From Ferroglobus placidus DSM 10642 (lineage in GTDB: Archaea > Halobacteriota > Archaeoglobi > Archaeoglobales > Archaeoglobaceae), in the NCBI RefSeq assembly GCF_000025505.1, contig NC_013849.1, forward strand, positions 1,500,001-1,532,000: a stretch of 32,000 nucleotides of DNA, in the 5' to 3' direction. The notes under the pieces were generated by a model. It had not been told where the DNA came from. It made no database searches and saw nothing but the letters and a program-made list of their open reading frames with translations. Positions 8,413-17,348 of this stretch are shown here, one piece after another (position 1 is the stretch's first letter; each line of letters begins with the position of its first letter). Made by a program: the position numbers and the translations under genes.

Positions 8413-9866
8413 TGAGCCGCTTTTCATCTTTCATGCTCACAACCATCGAAGCCAAGCTCATCAGCGCCCTCGAAAAAGGAAAGCTTTACACTGTTGATGA
8501 AGCGTCGAAGCTGTCCGGGCTTAGTAAGGATGCCGTTTTAAAGGCTGCTTACCTCCTTCAAGAGAAGGGTTACGTGAAGGTTCACGAAAAAGTCTGGAAG
8601 GAATACGAGCTCACCGACGAGGGATTGAAGTATCTTGCCGAGGGCTTACCGGAAGAGAGACTTTACGAGGAGCTGACGAGCGGCTCTAAAGGTATAGCCG
8701 AACTCGAAAAGAAGTTTGGAAAAGAAGATTTGAAAATAGCCCTTGGCTGGTTGAGAAGAAAGGGAGCAATTAAAATTGAAAACGGCGTTGTGAAGCTCGT
8801 TTCGAAGCCGGAGTTTAAAGAGAGAGCCATTTTAAACGAAATTTACGAAAACAGGACTGCTGAAGTTGATAAAACGCTTTTAAAAGACCTTATAAGAAGA
8901 AAGCTCGTTAAAGAGGAGGAAGCTAAGGAAATTTTGATCGAAGTGGTTTCCAAACCCGAGGTTGAGTTGAAGGAGAAAATAACGGATCTAACTCCGGAGC
9001 TTTTAATAAGTGGAGAGTGGAGGGGAAAGGAGTTTTTAGAGTACGACATAAGAATTCCGGCAAGAGAAGTTTTTACAGCTAAAATTCACCCCTACGAGAG
9101 GATAATCAGAGAGTGCAGAAAGATATTCTTGGAGATGGGATTCACGGAAATAAAAGGTCACTACGTTCAATCTGCTTTCTGGAACTTCGACGCTTTGTTC
9201 CAACCTCAGGATCATCCGGCAAGGGAAATGCAGGATACATTTTACCTCGACAAGTATGTTGATATAGACGAGGAGCTTGCATATAGAGTTAAGGAGACTC
9301 ACGAAAATGGCTGGATTACCGGCTCCAAAGGATGGGGAGGAAAGTGGGACATAAACAAAGCGAGGCAGCTTGTTTTGCGAACTCACACCACAGCGATAAC
9401 AATCCACTACTTGGCGATGAACCCCGAGCCGCCAGTCAAGGCTTTCTGCATAGACAGGGTTTACAGGAGGGAAGCTATAGACGCTACTCACTTGCCAGAA
9501 TTCGACCAGCTTGAAGGTGTCGTTCTCGACGAGAACGTCGGATTCAAGGATTTGCTCGGTTTGCTGAAGGAGTTCTTCCTTAAAATGGGCTTCGAAGACG
9601 TCCGCTTCCGTCCGGGATATTTCCCCTACACCGAGCCGAGCGTCGAGCCGGAAGTTTACGTGGAAGGATTGGGCTGGATAGAGCTTGGAGGTGCTGGAAT
9701 ATTCAGGAAAGAAGTGACCGAGCCGTTGGGAATAAAGGGCAAGGTTCTCGCTTGGGGGCTCGGAATTGGTAGGCTTGCGATGCTCAGATTGGGAATGAAG
9801 GACTTGAGAATGCTTTACAATCCGGATTTAGGGTGGTTGAGGAATTTACCAGCTATAAAGAGATAA
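8412..9866 (+). CDS. pheS: Phenylalanine--tRNA ligase alpha subunit (archaeal type)
   Basis: FQPQDHPAREMQDTFY, LRTHTTA, class II motif 3 region GLGIGRLAML. 484 aa with an archaeal N-terminal extension. Confidence 0.93.
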   Translation: MSRFSSFMLTTIEAKLISALEKGKLYTVDEASKLSGLSKDAVLKAAYLLQEKGYVKVHEKVWKEYELTDEGLKYLAEGLPEERLYEELTSGSKGIAELEKKFGKEDLKIALGWLRRKGAIKIENGVVKLVSKPEFKERAILNEIYENRTAEVDKTLLKDLIRRKLVKEEEAKEILIEVVSKPEVELKEKITDLTPELLISGEWRGKEFLEYDIRIPAREVFTAKIHPYERIIRECRKIFLEMGFTEIKGHYVQSAFWNFDALFQPQDHPAREMQDTFYLDKYVDIDEELAYRVKETHENGWITGSKGWGGKWDINKARQLVLRTHTTAITIHYLAMNPEPPVKAFCIDRVYRREAIDATHLPEFDQLEGVVLDENVGFKDLLGLLKEFFLKMGFEDVRFRPGYFPYTEPSVEPEVYVEGLGWIELGGAGIFRKEVTEPLGIKGKVLAWGLGIGRLAMLRLGMKDLRMLYNPDLGWLRNLPAIKR

Positions 9867-9903
9867 ACAAAACGATTATAAACTTCAACATTTAATTTTA
9901 TGT

Positions 9904-10455
9904 ATGGCCAAAGTTTTGATCGTCGCCGGAGATGCCGTGGAGGCTTTGGAGATCTTCTATCCTTACTACAGGCTGAAGGAAGAGGGGTTCGAAGTGCATG
10001 TGGCAGCTCCGAGCAAAAAGGAGCTGAACACGGTCGTTCACGATTTCGAAGAAGGATGGGAGACCTACACCGAAAAGAGGGGTTACGTTTTCAGATGGGT
10101 GGATTTAACTTTTGCTGAAGTCAAGCCGGAAGATTACGACGGGTTGTACATTCCGGGAGGAAGAGCTCCCGAGTACATAAGAACGTATCCCGAGCTTGAG
10201 AAAATAGTAAAGCACTTCTTCGAAGCTAACAAGCCTGTAGCTGCGATATGCCACGGTCCTCAGATTCTCGCGGCTTACGGATTGTTAAAGGGGAAGAGAG
10301 CCACCTGCTACCTTGCTGTAAAGCCGGATCTGATTTCCTGCGGAGCGGAGTACAAAGATGAGGAAGTCGTCGTGGACGGAAACTTGGTGACGAGCAGAGC
10401 TTGGCCGGACCTGCCAGCTTTGATGAGGGAGTTCATAAGATTGCTTAAAAAATAA
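9904..10455 (+). CDS. pfpI: DJ-1/PfpI-family intracellular protease/deglycase
   Basis: YDGLYIPGGRAPE, nucleophile elbow AAICHGPQIL and GNLVTSRAWPD. Confidence 0.88.
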   Translation: MAKVLIVAGDAVEALEIFYPYYRLKEEGFEVHVAAPSKKELNTVVHDFEEGWETYTEKRGYVFRWVDLTFAEVKPEDYDGLYIPGGRAPEYIRTYPELEKIVKHFFEANKPVAAICHGPQILAAYGLLKGKRATCYLAVKPDLISCGAEYKDEEVVVDGNLVTSRAWPDLPALMREFIRLLKK

Positions 10456-10481
10456 CTCTTTATTTTTTATAAGAGTTTTTT
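10454..10481 (+). terminator. Hairpin plus oligo-T terminator after pfpI
   Basis: AACTCTT (10454-10460) pairs with AAGAGTT (10471-10477) around a T-rich loop. It is followed by T6 (10476-10481). Confidence 0.45.
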
Positions 10482-10587
10482 ATCGAGAGGAAAAAGCGTA
10501 CCTTTAACTTTTTTCGAAAAGAGCGATCTAAGTAAAGATAATCAATTAGTATAATTGCAAGACGATTGAAGAACGCTGACGATACAT

Positions 10588-10596
10588 CTTTATATT
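10588..10596 (+). promoter_or_regulatory. TATA-like box of mutS
   Basis: CTTTATATT ends 25 nt upstream of ATG 10621, in a 165-bp AT-rich intergenic region. Confidence 0.4.
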
Positions 10597-10620
10597 TTGT
10601 GTCGAACATAATCATGGGAA

Positions 10621-13083
10621 ATGAGCGAGAAGCTAACTCCGATGATGGAGCAGTATTACAGGATTAAGCAAAAGTACAAAGATGCTTTGCTATTCTTCAG
10701 AGTCGGAGACTTCTACGAGCTTTTTGATGATGACGCAAGAGTTGCTTCGAAGGAACTCGGAATCGTGCTGACTTCGAGGGACAAGAAGCATGCGATGTGC
10801 GGAGTGCCGCATCACGCCGCTTACTCTTACATAAAAAAGCTGATAGAGAAAGGTTACAAGGTTGCGATCTGCGAGCAGGTTGAAGAGCCAACCGGAAAAA
10901 AGCTCGTTAGGAGAGAAGTCGTGAGGGTAATAACCCCCGGAACTGTCGTGGAAGAAGAGCTACTAACCACGGAAAGCAACTACCTAATGGCTCTCTTTAA
11001 AAGGGAAAAGGTGGCTCTCGCTTTCCTCGATGTCTCCACAGGAGAATTTTTCGTCACGAGCGTTAAAAATGTTGATGAGGCGATTTGCGAAGTTCTCAAG
11101 TATTCTCCTGTAGAGTGCTTAATTCCGGAAAGCTTCGAGGAAGTCGAGGAGTTGGAGAAGCTCGTTAAAAACGTTAGGAGAATTGAAGATGAGCAGTTTA
11201 ACCTGAAGAGGTCTCTGGAAGTTTTAAAAGACGTTGCAAATTTCCAAGCTCTGGAGTTGAGCGAGGAGGAAATTTTAGCTTGCGGAGCAGTTTTAAACTA
11301 CGCTAAAAACTCCCTTCTCTTTTCCAAACCAGCTTTAAAGCTTCAAAAACTGGAGAGATCAGAGTACATGGTTCTCGATTCGACGACGATCAAAAACCTC
11401 GAAATTTTCAGAAACCTTGTCGACGGCGGCAGAAGAGGAACTTTGCTCGACGTTATAGACAAAACTGTCACAGCGATGGGAAGCAGGTTGCTGAAGAAGT
11501 GGCTTCAGAGACCTCTTTTAGACGTAACGGAAATCGAGAGAAGGCTCGATGCTGTCGAAGAGTTGAAAGAAAAATCCTTCGTCAGGAGGGTTTTGAGAGA
11601 AACTCTTGAGGATGTCTACGATCTCGAAAGAATTATCACGAGGCTCGAACTCGGAAAAGCCAACCCAAAAGATCTCGTTGCTTTGAAGAACTCTCTTAAA
11701 GCTGTCGGAAAGATCAAGAAGTTCGATTTTCAATCTAAAAAACTTAGAGATCTCGTTTACGGAATGAATCCGATGGAAGAACTGTGTTCTTTAATAGAAA
11801 AGGCGATAGTGGAAGATCCTCCGGCAAACGTGAAGGATGGAGGAGTAATTAGGGAAGGATTCGACGAGGAGCTTGACGAGTTAAGAAAAGCGAAGAAAGA
11901 GCAGGAAGAGTTTATAAAACGATTGGAAGAGAGGGAAAGAAAGAGAACCGGAATAGATAATCTGAGGGTTGGTTACAATAACGTTTTCGGCTACTACATA
12001 GAGATACCGAAGAGCAAGGCTAAAAATCTGCCGAGGTATTACATTAGAAAGCAAACCCTCGTGAACGCTGAGAGGTTTACTATTCCGGAATTAAAGGATA
12101 GAGAGGAGAAGATTTTAGCTTACGAGGAGAGAATAAGAATTCTCGAGCAGGAGATTTTCGAGAGAATAAGAAGAGAAGTTGTCAGGCATGCTGAAAAGGT
12201 TAAGGATTCTGCCGAAAGGGTTGCTGAGCTCGACGTTCTCTGTTCTCTGGCTGAGGTTGCCACCCTCTACAACTACACCCGCCCAAAGGTGAACGAAGGC
12301 TTTGACATAATCATCAGAGACGGGAGGCATCCGGCGGTGGAAACAACAACGAAGTTCGTTCCGAACGACGTAAATCTGACGGAGAACAGCAGAATTTTAA
12401 TAATAACGGGTCCCAACATGGCTGGAAAATCCACTTATTTAAGGCAGGTTGCGTTGATAACGATTCTCGCTCAGATAGGGAGCTTCGTTCCGGCAAGTTA
12501 TGCTGTCGTAGGAATTGTGGACAAGATATTCACGAGAATAGGGCTTGTGGATGATATAACGAGAGGGAGAAGCACGTTTATGGTAGAGATGCTCGAAATC
12601 GGGAGAATTTTAAATAACGCAACAAAGAGGAGCTTAATTCTCCTTGACGAGGTCGGAAAGAGCACGGGAACGAAGGAAGGACTGAGCTTGGCTTGGGCTA
12701 TAATAGAGTACTTGCACGAGCTCGGAGCTAAAGTCCTTTTCGCAACCCACTATCACGAACTTTCGAAGCTTGAGAACGAGCTCGCTGGAGTGAAGAACTA
12801 CCATTTCAGGCTTAAGGAAGAGAACGGAAAGGTTGAGTTCGACAGGAAAATTAGGAGAGGTTTTTCTAAGGAAAGCTACGGGATAAAGATCGCGGAGATG
12901 GCTAATTTACCGAAGAGAGTTGTTGAAAGAGCCTACGAAATTTTGAATTCCGAGAACGTCAACGGGGAGGTGCCTGAAATAGTCGAGGAAATTTCGAAGA
13001 TTGACGTCATGAATCTGACTCCCGTTCAGGCTTTAGTTGAGCTTGAGAGGATTGTAAGAAAATGCAGAGAGTTGAAGAGCTGA
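10621..13083 (+). CDS. mutS: DNA mismatch repair protein MutS (full-length MutS1 type)
   Basis: TPMMEQYYRIKQKY, the mismatch-recognition motif RVGDFYELF, MCGVPHH, Walker A GPNMAGKSTYLRQ, LLDEVG, FATHYHEL and the C-terminal LTPVQAL helix. 820 aa. Confidence 0.93.
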   Translation: MSEKLTPMMEQYYRIKQKYKDALLFFRVGDFYELFDDDARVASKELGIVLTSRDKKHAMCGVPHHAAYSYIKKLIEKGYKVAICEQVEEPTGKKLVRREVVRVITPGTVVEEELLTTESNYLMALFKREKVALAFLDVSTGEFFVTSVKNVDEAICEVLKYSPVECLIPESFEEVEELEKLVKNVRRIEDEQFNLKRSLEVLKDVANFQALELSEEEILACGAVLNYAKNSLLFSKPALKLQKLERSEYMVLDSTTIKNLEIFRNLVDGGRRGTLLDVIDKTVTAMGSRLLKKWLQRPLLDVTEIERRLDAVEELKEKSFVRRVLRETLEDVYDLERIITRLELGKANPKDLVALKNSLKAVGKIKKFDFQSKKLRDLVYGMNPMEELCSLIEKAIVEDPPANVKDGGVIREGFDEELDELRKAKKEQEEFIKRLEERERKRTGIDNLRVGYNNVFGYYIEIPKSKAKNLPRYYIRKQTLVNAERFTIPELKDREEKILAYEERIRILEQEIFERIRREVVRHAEKVKDSAERVAELDVLCSLAEVATLYNYTRPKVNEGFDIIIRDGRHPAVETTTKFVPNDVNLTENSRILIITGPNMAGKSTYLRQVALITILAQIGSFVPASYAVVGIVDKIFTRIGLVDDITRGRSTFMVEMLEIGRILNNATKRSLILLDEVGKSTGTKEGLSLAWAIIEYLHELGAKVLFATHYHELSKLENELAGVKNYHFRLKEENGKVEFDRKIRRGFSKESYGIKIAEMANLPKRVVERAYEILNSENVNGEVPEIVEEISKIDVMNLTPVQALVELERIVRKCRELKS

Positions 13084-13586
13084 AGAAAAAACTTGAGGAA
13101 ATTGTAAGAGAGCTCGAAGAAATGCAATCTCTCCTAAAAGTTAAAGCTCTGGGAGAAGCTGTAGAAAGGATTAAAATTGCCATCAAAGAGCTCGAAGGTT
13201 TTGAGAAGAAGGGAAGCGAAAGCTTTTCCCACTACGACTTGAAAATAAAGCTCCTCGAGATGTTTAAAGGCTCCCACTATCTCGAAAGCGAGAGGACAAA
13301 ACTAAGCAAGTTTGGAGTGAGACCGGATGCTGTAGTTATAAAAGACGACGCTGTCGTATTAATCGAAGTCGAGAAAGATAAAAAGAACTTTTTGAAAAAA
13401 GTTAGGAAGCTCAAAAAAGTTAAAGACAAGCTTTTGGAGAGTCCTATATTCACCGGAAGGAAAATCAAATTTGTTTTCGGGCTTGTTGAATTCGAGATCG
13501 ATGAAGAGCTTAAAAAAGAGGTTTTAAGTCTCGGTGATGCGGAAGTCTACTCCTCTTTTGGTGGCGAGTTGAAGAGGTTGCTTTAG
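13062..13586 (+). CDS. Hypothetical protein with N-terminal coiled coil and a PD-(D/E)xK (restriction-endonuclease-fold) signature
   Basis: ATG 13062 overlaps the last 22 nt of mutS. The first roughly 50 aa show a heptad-like K/E/L pattern. The motif GVRPDAVVIKDDAVVLIEVEKDKK (nt 13320-13376) gives D89...E102-x-E104-K105. Confidence 0.5.
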   Translation: MQRVEELKKKLEEIVRELEEMQSLLKVKALGEAVERIKIAIKELEGFEKKGSESFSHYDLKIKLLEMFKGSHYLESERTKLSKFGVRPDAVVIKDDAVVLIEVEKDKKNFLKKVRKLKKVKDKLLESPIFTGRKIKFVFGLVEFEIDEELKKEVLSLGDAEVYSSFGGELKRLL

Positions 13587-13661
13587 ATTACTATTGAGAA
13601 AACTTTCAAACAACTATCCAACAATTGTATTAATATTTGGATGATGTTCAGCTAAATGGAA

Positions 13662-13675
13662 AAAAGTTTAAATAT
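13662..13675 (+). promoter_or_regulatory. BRE/TATA promoter of the mto-type operon
   Basis: AAAAGTTTAAATAT, with TTTAAATA ending 33 nt upstream of ATG 13707. An identical 14-mer occurs at 22787-22800. Confidence 0.55.
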
Positions 13676-13706
13676 GATATTCTACAATGATTAATTGGGT
13701 GTAAAC

Positions 13707-14732
13707 ATGACCCCAAAGGAAAGGATTAGGAAAATTTTCTCCAGGGAGAAGCCTGATAGGCTGGCATGTTTTAGCGGTATGGGTAACGTGACGGTAGAAG
13801 GTTTGAAGAAGTACGACTATGCCTTCTACGAAATTCACCTCGATGCAGAGAAGATGGCTAACGCTGCTTGCTCAAGTTACGAACTCTACGGATTTGAATG
13901 TGCAGTAGCTCCTTTCGATCTCGGTGTTGAAGCTGAGGTTCTCGGGGCTGAGATGAACTTCTACACCCACAAGGGCAAGGAGGACATAGTGTATCCGACG
14001 GTGAAGAAAAAAGCCATAAACGAGCCGGAAGATTTGAACGTTCCTGAAAAAATAGAAGAGAAGGGCAGAGTTCCACTTGTTTTAAAAGCCTTGGAAATTA
14101 TGCAGAAGAGAGTTGGAGAAGAAGTGCCGATTGCAACTTACATTCTCGGACCCTACACCTTAGCCGGGCAGATAATGGATTTGGAGAAGCTTTTAAAGAT
14201 GTCTTTCAAAAACCCCGACAGAATAAACGAGCTGCTCTCTCAGCTAACAGACTTCTTAGCCGAACTCGGAAGAATTTATCAGGATGCCGGTATAGATTAC
14301 TTGACAGTCAGAGAAATGGGCGCTCCAACAGACGTTTTAAGCCCAAGAATGTTCAAAAACCTAATCTTACCCCATCTGAAAGAGCTTTTCTTAAAGCTGA
14401 AAGAGCCAACGGTTTTGCACATTTGCGGAGATACGAACATGATAGTCGAATTAATGTGGCAGAGCGGAGCAACAGCGATAAGTGTTGAACAGAAGAATGA
14501 TGTGGCTAAAACAAGAGAAAAGCTCGGCGAAGAAGCTATAATTTTCGGAAACATAGACCCATACGGAACGCTCGTTCTTGGAACTCCTGAGGATATAAGA
14601 AATGCTGTCAAAAAGGCTATAGTGGGGGGAGTTAGCAGCGTTTGGCCGGGTTGCGATATTTGGCCAGCGGTCTCAAAAGAAAACATGCTCACGTTTGTTG
14701 AAGCTGTTAAGGAATTTGGAAAACTTCAGTGA
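13707..14732 (+). CDS. mtoB: UroD/MtaA-family substrate:corrinoid methyltransferase (MtoB-like, candidate O-demethylase)
   Basis: URO-D-fold methyltransferase with the zinc motif LHICGDT plus WPGCD, and GNIDP. First gene of a coupled methyltransferase/corrinoid/activase/MtrH-like set. The ORF track start TTG 13695 is less likely than ATG 13707. Confidence 0.7.
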   Translation: MTPKERIRKIFSREKPDRLACFSGMGNVTVEGLKKYDYAFYEIHLDAEKMANAACSSYELYGFECAVAPFDLGVEAEVLGAEMNFYTHKGKEDIVYPTVKKKAINEPEDLNVPEKIEEKGRVPLVLKALEIMQKRVGEEVPIATYILGPYTLAGQIMDLEKLLKMSFKNPDRINELLSQLTDFLAELGRIYQDAGIDYLTVREMGAPTDVLSPRMFKNLILPHLKELFLKLKEPTVLHICGDTNMIVELMWQSGATAISVEQKNDVAKTREKLGEEAIIFGNIDPYGTLVLGTPEDIRNAVKKAIVGGVSSVWPGCDIWPAVSKENMLTFVEAVKEFGKLQ

Positions 14733-14741
14733 GGTGATAGG

Positions 14742-15437
14742 ATGGTTGACGAAGCTAAAAGAAAGGAAATCTTGGAGAAGTTAAAGAGAGGAGTAGTTGA
14801 ATTCGATGAAGATCTCGTGAGGGAAGCAGCGAAGGAAGCTTTAGAAGTTGGAATGGATGCCCTCGATGCGATTATGAACGGACTCGTTGCGGGAATGGAA
14901 GAAGTTGGGGAGCTATTCGACAAAGGTGAGTACTTCGTTCCGGAAGTGCTGATGTGTGCTGACGCCCTTTATGCTGGACTCGAAATTCTTAGACCTCACG
15001 TGAAGAAGGAAGACATAAAGGTGAAAGGACAGGTCGTCATCGGAGTAGTGGAGGGAGACGTTCACGATATAGGCAAGAACCTCGTGAAGATGATGTTCGA
15101 AGTTGCCGGCTTTGAGGTAATTGATCTTGGAAAGGATGTCCCCCTCGAAAAGTTCGTGGAGGAGTCTTTGAAAAGTGATGCTGACATAGTTGCTTTATCG
15201 GCGATGATGACCACTACGATGCTCGGAATTCCCAAAGTCATTCAGATGATAAGAGAAAAGAATCCGAAAGCAAAGATTCTCGTTGGAGGTGCTCCGATAT
15301 CAAAAGAGACCGCCGAGAAGTGGGGAGCTGACGGGTGGGCTCCCGATGCGACTAATGCAGTGCAGGAAGCTATAAACATGATAAAAGGTTTAAAGAAAGA
15401 AATAATGGGAGAAGAAAAGGGGGAAGAGAAGAATTGA
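14742..15437 (+). CDS. mtoC: Corrinoid (B12-binding) protein, MtaC/MtoC type
   Basis: N-terminal helical cap, then the B12-binding domain with DxHxxG (GDVHDIGKNLV), LSAMMTTTM and VGGAP. GAGGTGA RBS lies in the 9-nt spacer after mtoB. Confidence 0.85.
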   Translation: MVDEAKRKEILEKLKRGVVEFDEDLVREAAKEALEVGMDALDAIMNGLVAGMEEVGELFDKGEYFVPEVLMCADALYAGLEILRPHVKKEDIKVKGQVVIGVVEGDVHDIGKNLVKMMFEVAGFEVIDLGKDVPLEKFVEESLKSDADIVALSAMMTTTMLGIPKVIQMIREKNPKAKILVGGAPISKETAEKWGADGWAPDATNAVQEAINMIKGLKKEIMGEEKGEEKN

Positions 15438-15455
15438 TCCTCTTCGGTGATTTTT

Positions 15456-17348
15456 ATGGAAAAGTGTAAAATTATTTTTCAGCCTGAAGGTAAAAGAGGT
15501 GAGTTTCCCCCGGGAACAACTATTCTGGACGCTGCAAGGGAGATTGGTGTGGATATAGAAGCGATTTGTGGTGGAAAGCTTACTTGCGGGAAGTGCCAAG
15601 TCGTTATTGAGCAGGGTGAGGAAAACCTCTCCCAGATGACGGAAGATGAGAGGAGACTGCTTGACAAAAGAAAAGCCGGGAAAAACTATAGACTTGCTTG
15701 CGTAACAAGATTTTACGGAGACGTGGTTGTTTTCGTTCCGGAAGAGAGTAGAGGTGGAGAGCAGATAATTCTCAAAGAGGGTGTTGAAGTTTCGGTAACA
15801 ATAGACCCTGCTGTGAAAAAGTATTACCTTGAGCTTCCGAAGCCACATTTAAAAGATGATCTCGGAGATTTTGAAAGAATTTTAAACGCTTTAAGAGAGG
15901 ATTACGGAATAGAAAACGTCGATATAGATTACGAGGTTTTAAAAAAGCTTCCGGATGTTTTGAGGGAAAGCGATTGGAAAGTAACCGTTACAATCTGGAA
16001 CGATAGAGAAATAATTGACGTCGAACCCGGATATAAGGCTGAGAACGTTTACGGTTTAGCTGTTGACATCGGAACCACAACTGTGGTTGGCTATCTAACG
16101 GATTTGAGAACCGGTAAAATCCTTGCTATAGATTCAATGATGAATCCTCAGGTGCCCTACGGAGAAGATGTGATGAGCAGAATAACGTATGCGATGCAAA
16201 ATCCAGAGGGTCTGGAAGTTTTGAACAAAAAGATAGTGGAGGGAATAAATCAGATTCTTGTGAACGTTTGCAAAGAAGCGGGAATTAAGCCTGAAGAAGT
16301 TAGCGAAGTGACTATAGTTGGAAACACAGCCATGCACCACATTTTTCTGAAGATAGATCCGCAGTATCTTGCTGTAGCTCCATACGTCCCGGCAATTCAC
16401 CGATCTCACGATGTTAAAGCGAGGGACATTGGAATTAAGATTGCAAAAGGTGGAAACGTCCACGTTTTACCAATAGAGGCTGGATGGGTTGGTGCAGACA
16501 ACGTGGCTGTTCTGATAGCTACAGAGCCTTACAAAAGAGATGAAATGTGCTTGGTTATAGACATCGGGACGAATGGAGAAATTGTTCTGGGGAACAGAGA
16601 GAGACTGCTTTCCTGCTCAGCCGCAGCAGGACCGGCTTTAGAGGGTGCTCATATAAAACACGGAATGAGAGCAGCGACTGGAGCTATAGAGCGAATCAGA
16701 ATAGATCCAGAAACTTTCGAGCCGGAATACAAAACGATAGGCAACGCCCCTCCACGAGGAATATGCGGCTCTGGGATAATCGATGCGGCTGCCGAACTTT
16801 ACAGGGTTGGTATAGTTAAGAAGAACGGAAGGTTCAATCTCGATCTCGATACGCCGAGAGTTAGAGTTGTTGATGGACAGCCGGAGTACGTTATAGCTTG
16901 GGCAAATGAAACGGCTATAGGACACGATATAGTGATTACCCAGAAAGACATAAGAGAGATCCAGCTTGCGAAAGGAGCTATGTGTGCCGGAGCCCACATA
17001 CTCATGAAGGAAATGGGAGTTGAGAGTGTTGACAGAGTAATTGTTGCCGGAGCCTTCGGAAACTACATCGACAAGATTTCAGCTTTAATAATAGGTTTGG
17101 TTCCCGATGTGCCTGTGGATAGGATAGAGTCGGTAGGAAACGCTGCTGGAGTTGGAGCGAGACTCGCTTTGATAAGCAGAGAGAAGAGAAGAGAAGCTAA
17201 CGAGATCGCGAGGAAAGTTGAGCATATCAAGCTGGCTGTACATCCGGATTTCGAAAGGGAATTCTCGATGGCGATGTACTTCCCTCACATGGATAAGAAG
17301 AGGTATCCGAGGCATGAAGAGGTTTTGAAGGTGAGAGGTGCTGAGTAA
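15456..17348 (+). CDS. mtoD: Reductive activase of corrinoid enzymes (2Fe-2S ferredoxin domain + ASKHA/DUF4445 ATPase; RACE/MtoD type)
   Basis: N-terminal AICGGKLTCGKCQV...LACVT ferredoxin motif. The C-terminal part has DIGTTTV and DIGTNGE actin-fold phosphate loops. An alternative GTG start lies at 15447. Confidence 0.8.
   Translation: MEKCKIIFQPEGKRGEFPPGTTILDAAREIGVDIEAICGGKLTCGKCQVVIEQGEENLSQMTEDERRLLDKRKAGKNYRLACVTRFYGDVVVFVPEESRGGEQIILKEGVEVSVTIDPAVKKYYLELPKPHLKDDLGDFERILNALREDYGIENVDIDYEVLKKLPDVLRESDWKVTVTIWNDREIIDVEPGYKAENVYGLAVDIGTTTVVGYLTDLRTGKILAIDSMMNPQVPYGEDVMSRITYAMQNPEGLEVLNKKIVEGINQILVNVCKEAGIKPEEVSEVTIVGNTAMHHIFLKIDPQYLAVAPYVPAIHRSHDVKARDIGIKIAKGGNVHVLPIEAGWVGADNVAVLIATEPYKRDEMCLVIDIGTNGEIVLGNRERLLSCSAAAGPALEGAHIKHGMRAATGAIERIRIDPETFEPEYKTIGNAPPRGICGSGIIDAAAELYRVGIVKKNGRFNLDLDTPRVRVVDGQPEYVIAWANETAIGHDIVITQKDIREIQLAKGAMCAGAHILMKEMGVESVDRVIVAGAFGNYIDKISALIIGLVPDVPVDRIESVGNAAGVGARLALISREKRREANEIARKVEHIKLAVHPDFEREFSMAMYFPHMDKKRYPRHEEVLKVRGAE

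Noticed and set aside
9036-9491. 151-aa minus-strand ORF inside pheS
   Set aside because: It is fully antisense to a confidently identified pheS. Its composition is low-complexity (S/L/F/V/C-rich) and no motif was found. This is a typical shadow ORF.
9900-10118. 72-aa Arg/Gly-rich ORF overlapping the 5' end of pfpI in another frame
   Set aside because: The pfpI frame carries the diagnostic DJ-1/PfpI motifs. The alternative frame is compositionally implausible.
13587-13706. Possible C/D-box sRNA (GGATGATGT at 13639-13647) or a cobalamin riboswitch upstream of the corrinoid operon
   Set aside because: The C-box match is imperfect (ATGATGT, not RTGATGA). No D box (CTGA) or terminal stem is present. 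No B12-box-like conserved core was recognised, and the region is better explained as a promoter.
14297-14692. 131-aa minus-strand ORF within the first methyltransferase gene, and similar ORFs at 16134-16463, 16638-16997 and 17716-18048
   Set aside because: All lie antisense within genes that have clear family motifs. Their Ser/Phe/Leu-rich sequences are characteristic of the reverse frame of Glu/Lys-rich genes.
15390-15848. 152-aa minus-strand ORF overlapping the end of mtoC and the start of mtoD
   Set aside because: It is antisense to strongly supported genes. The composition is not protein-like and there is no promoter or RBS context.
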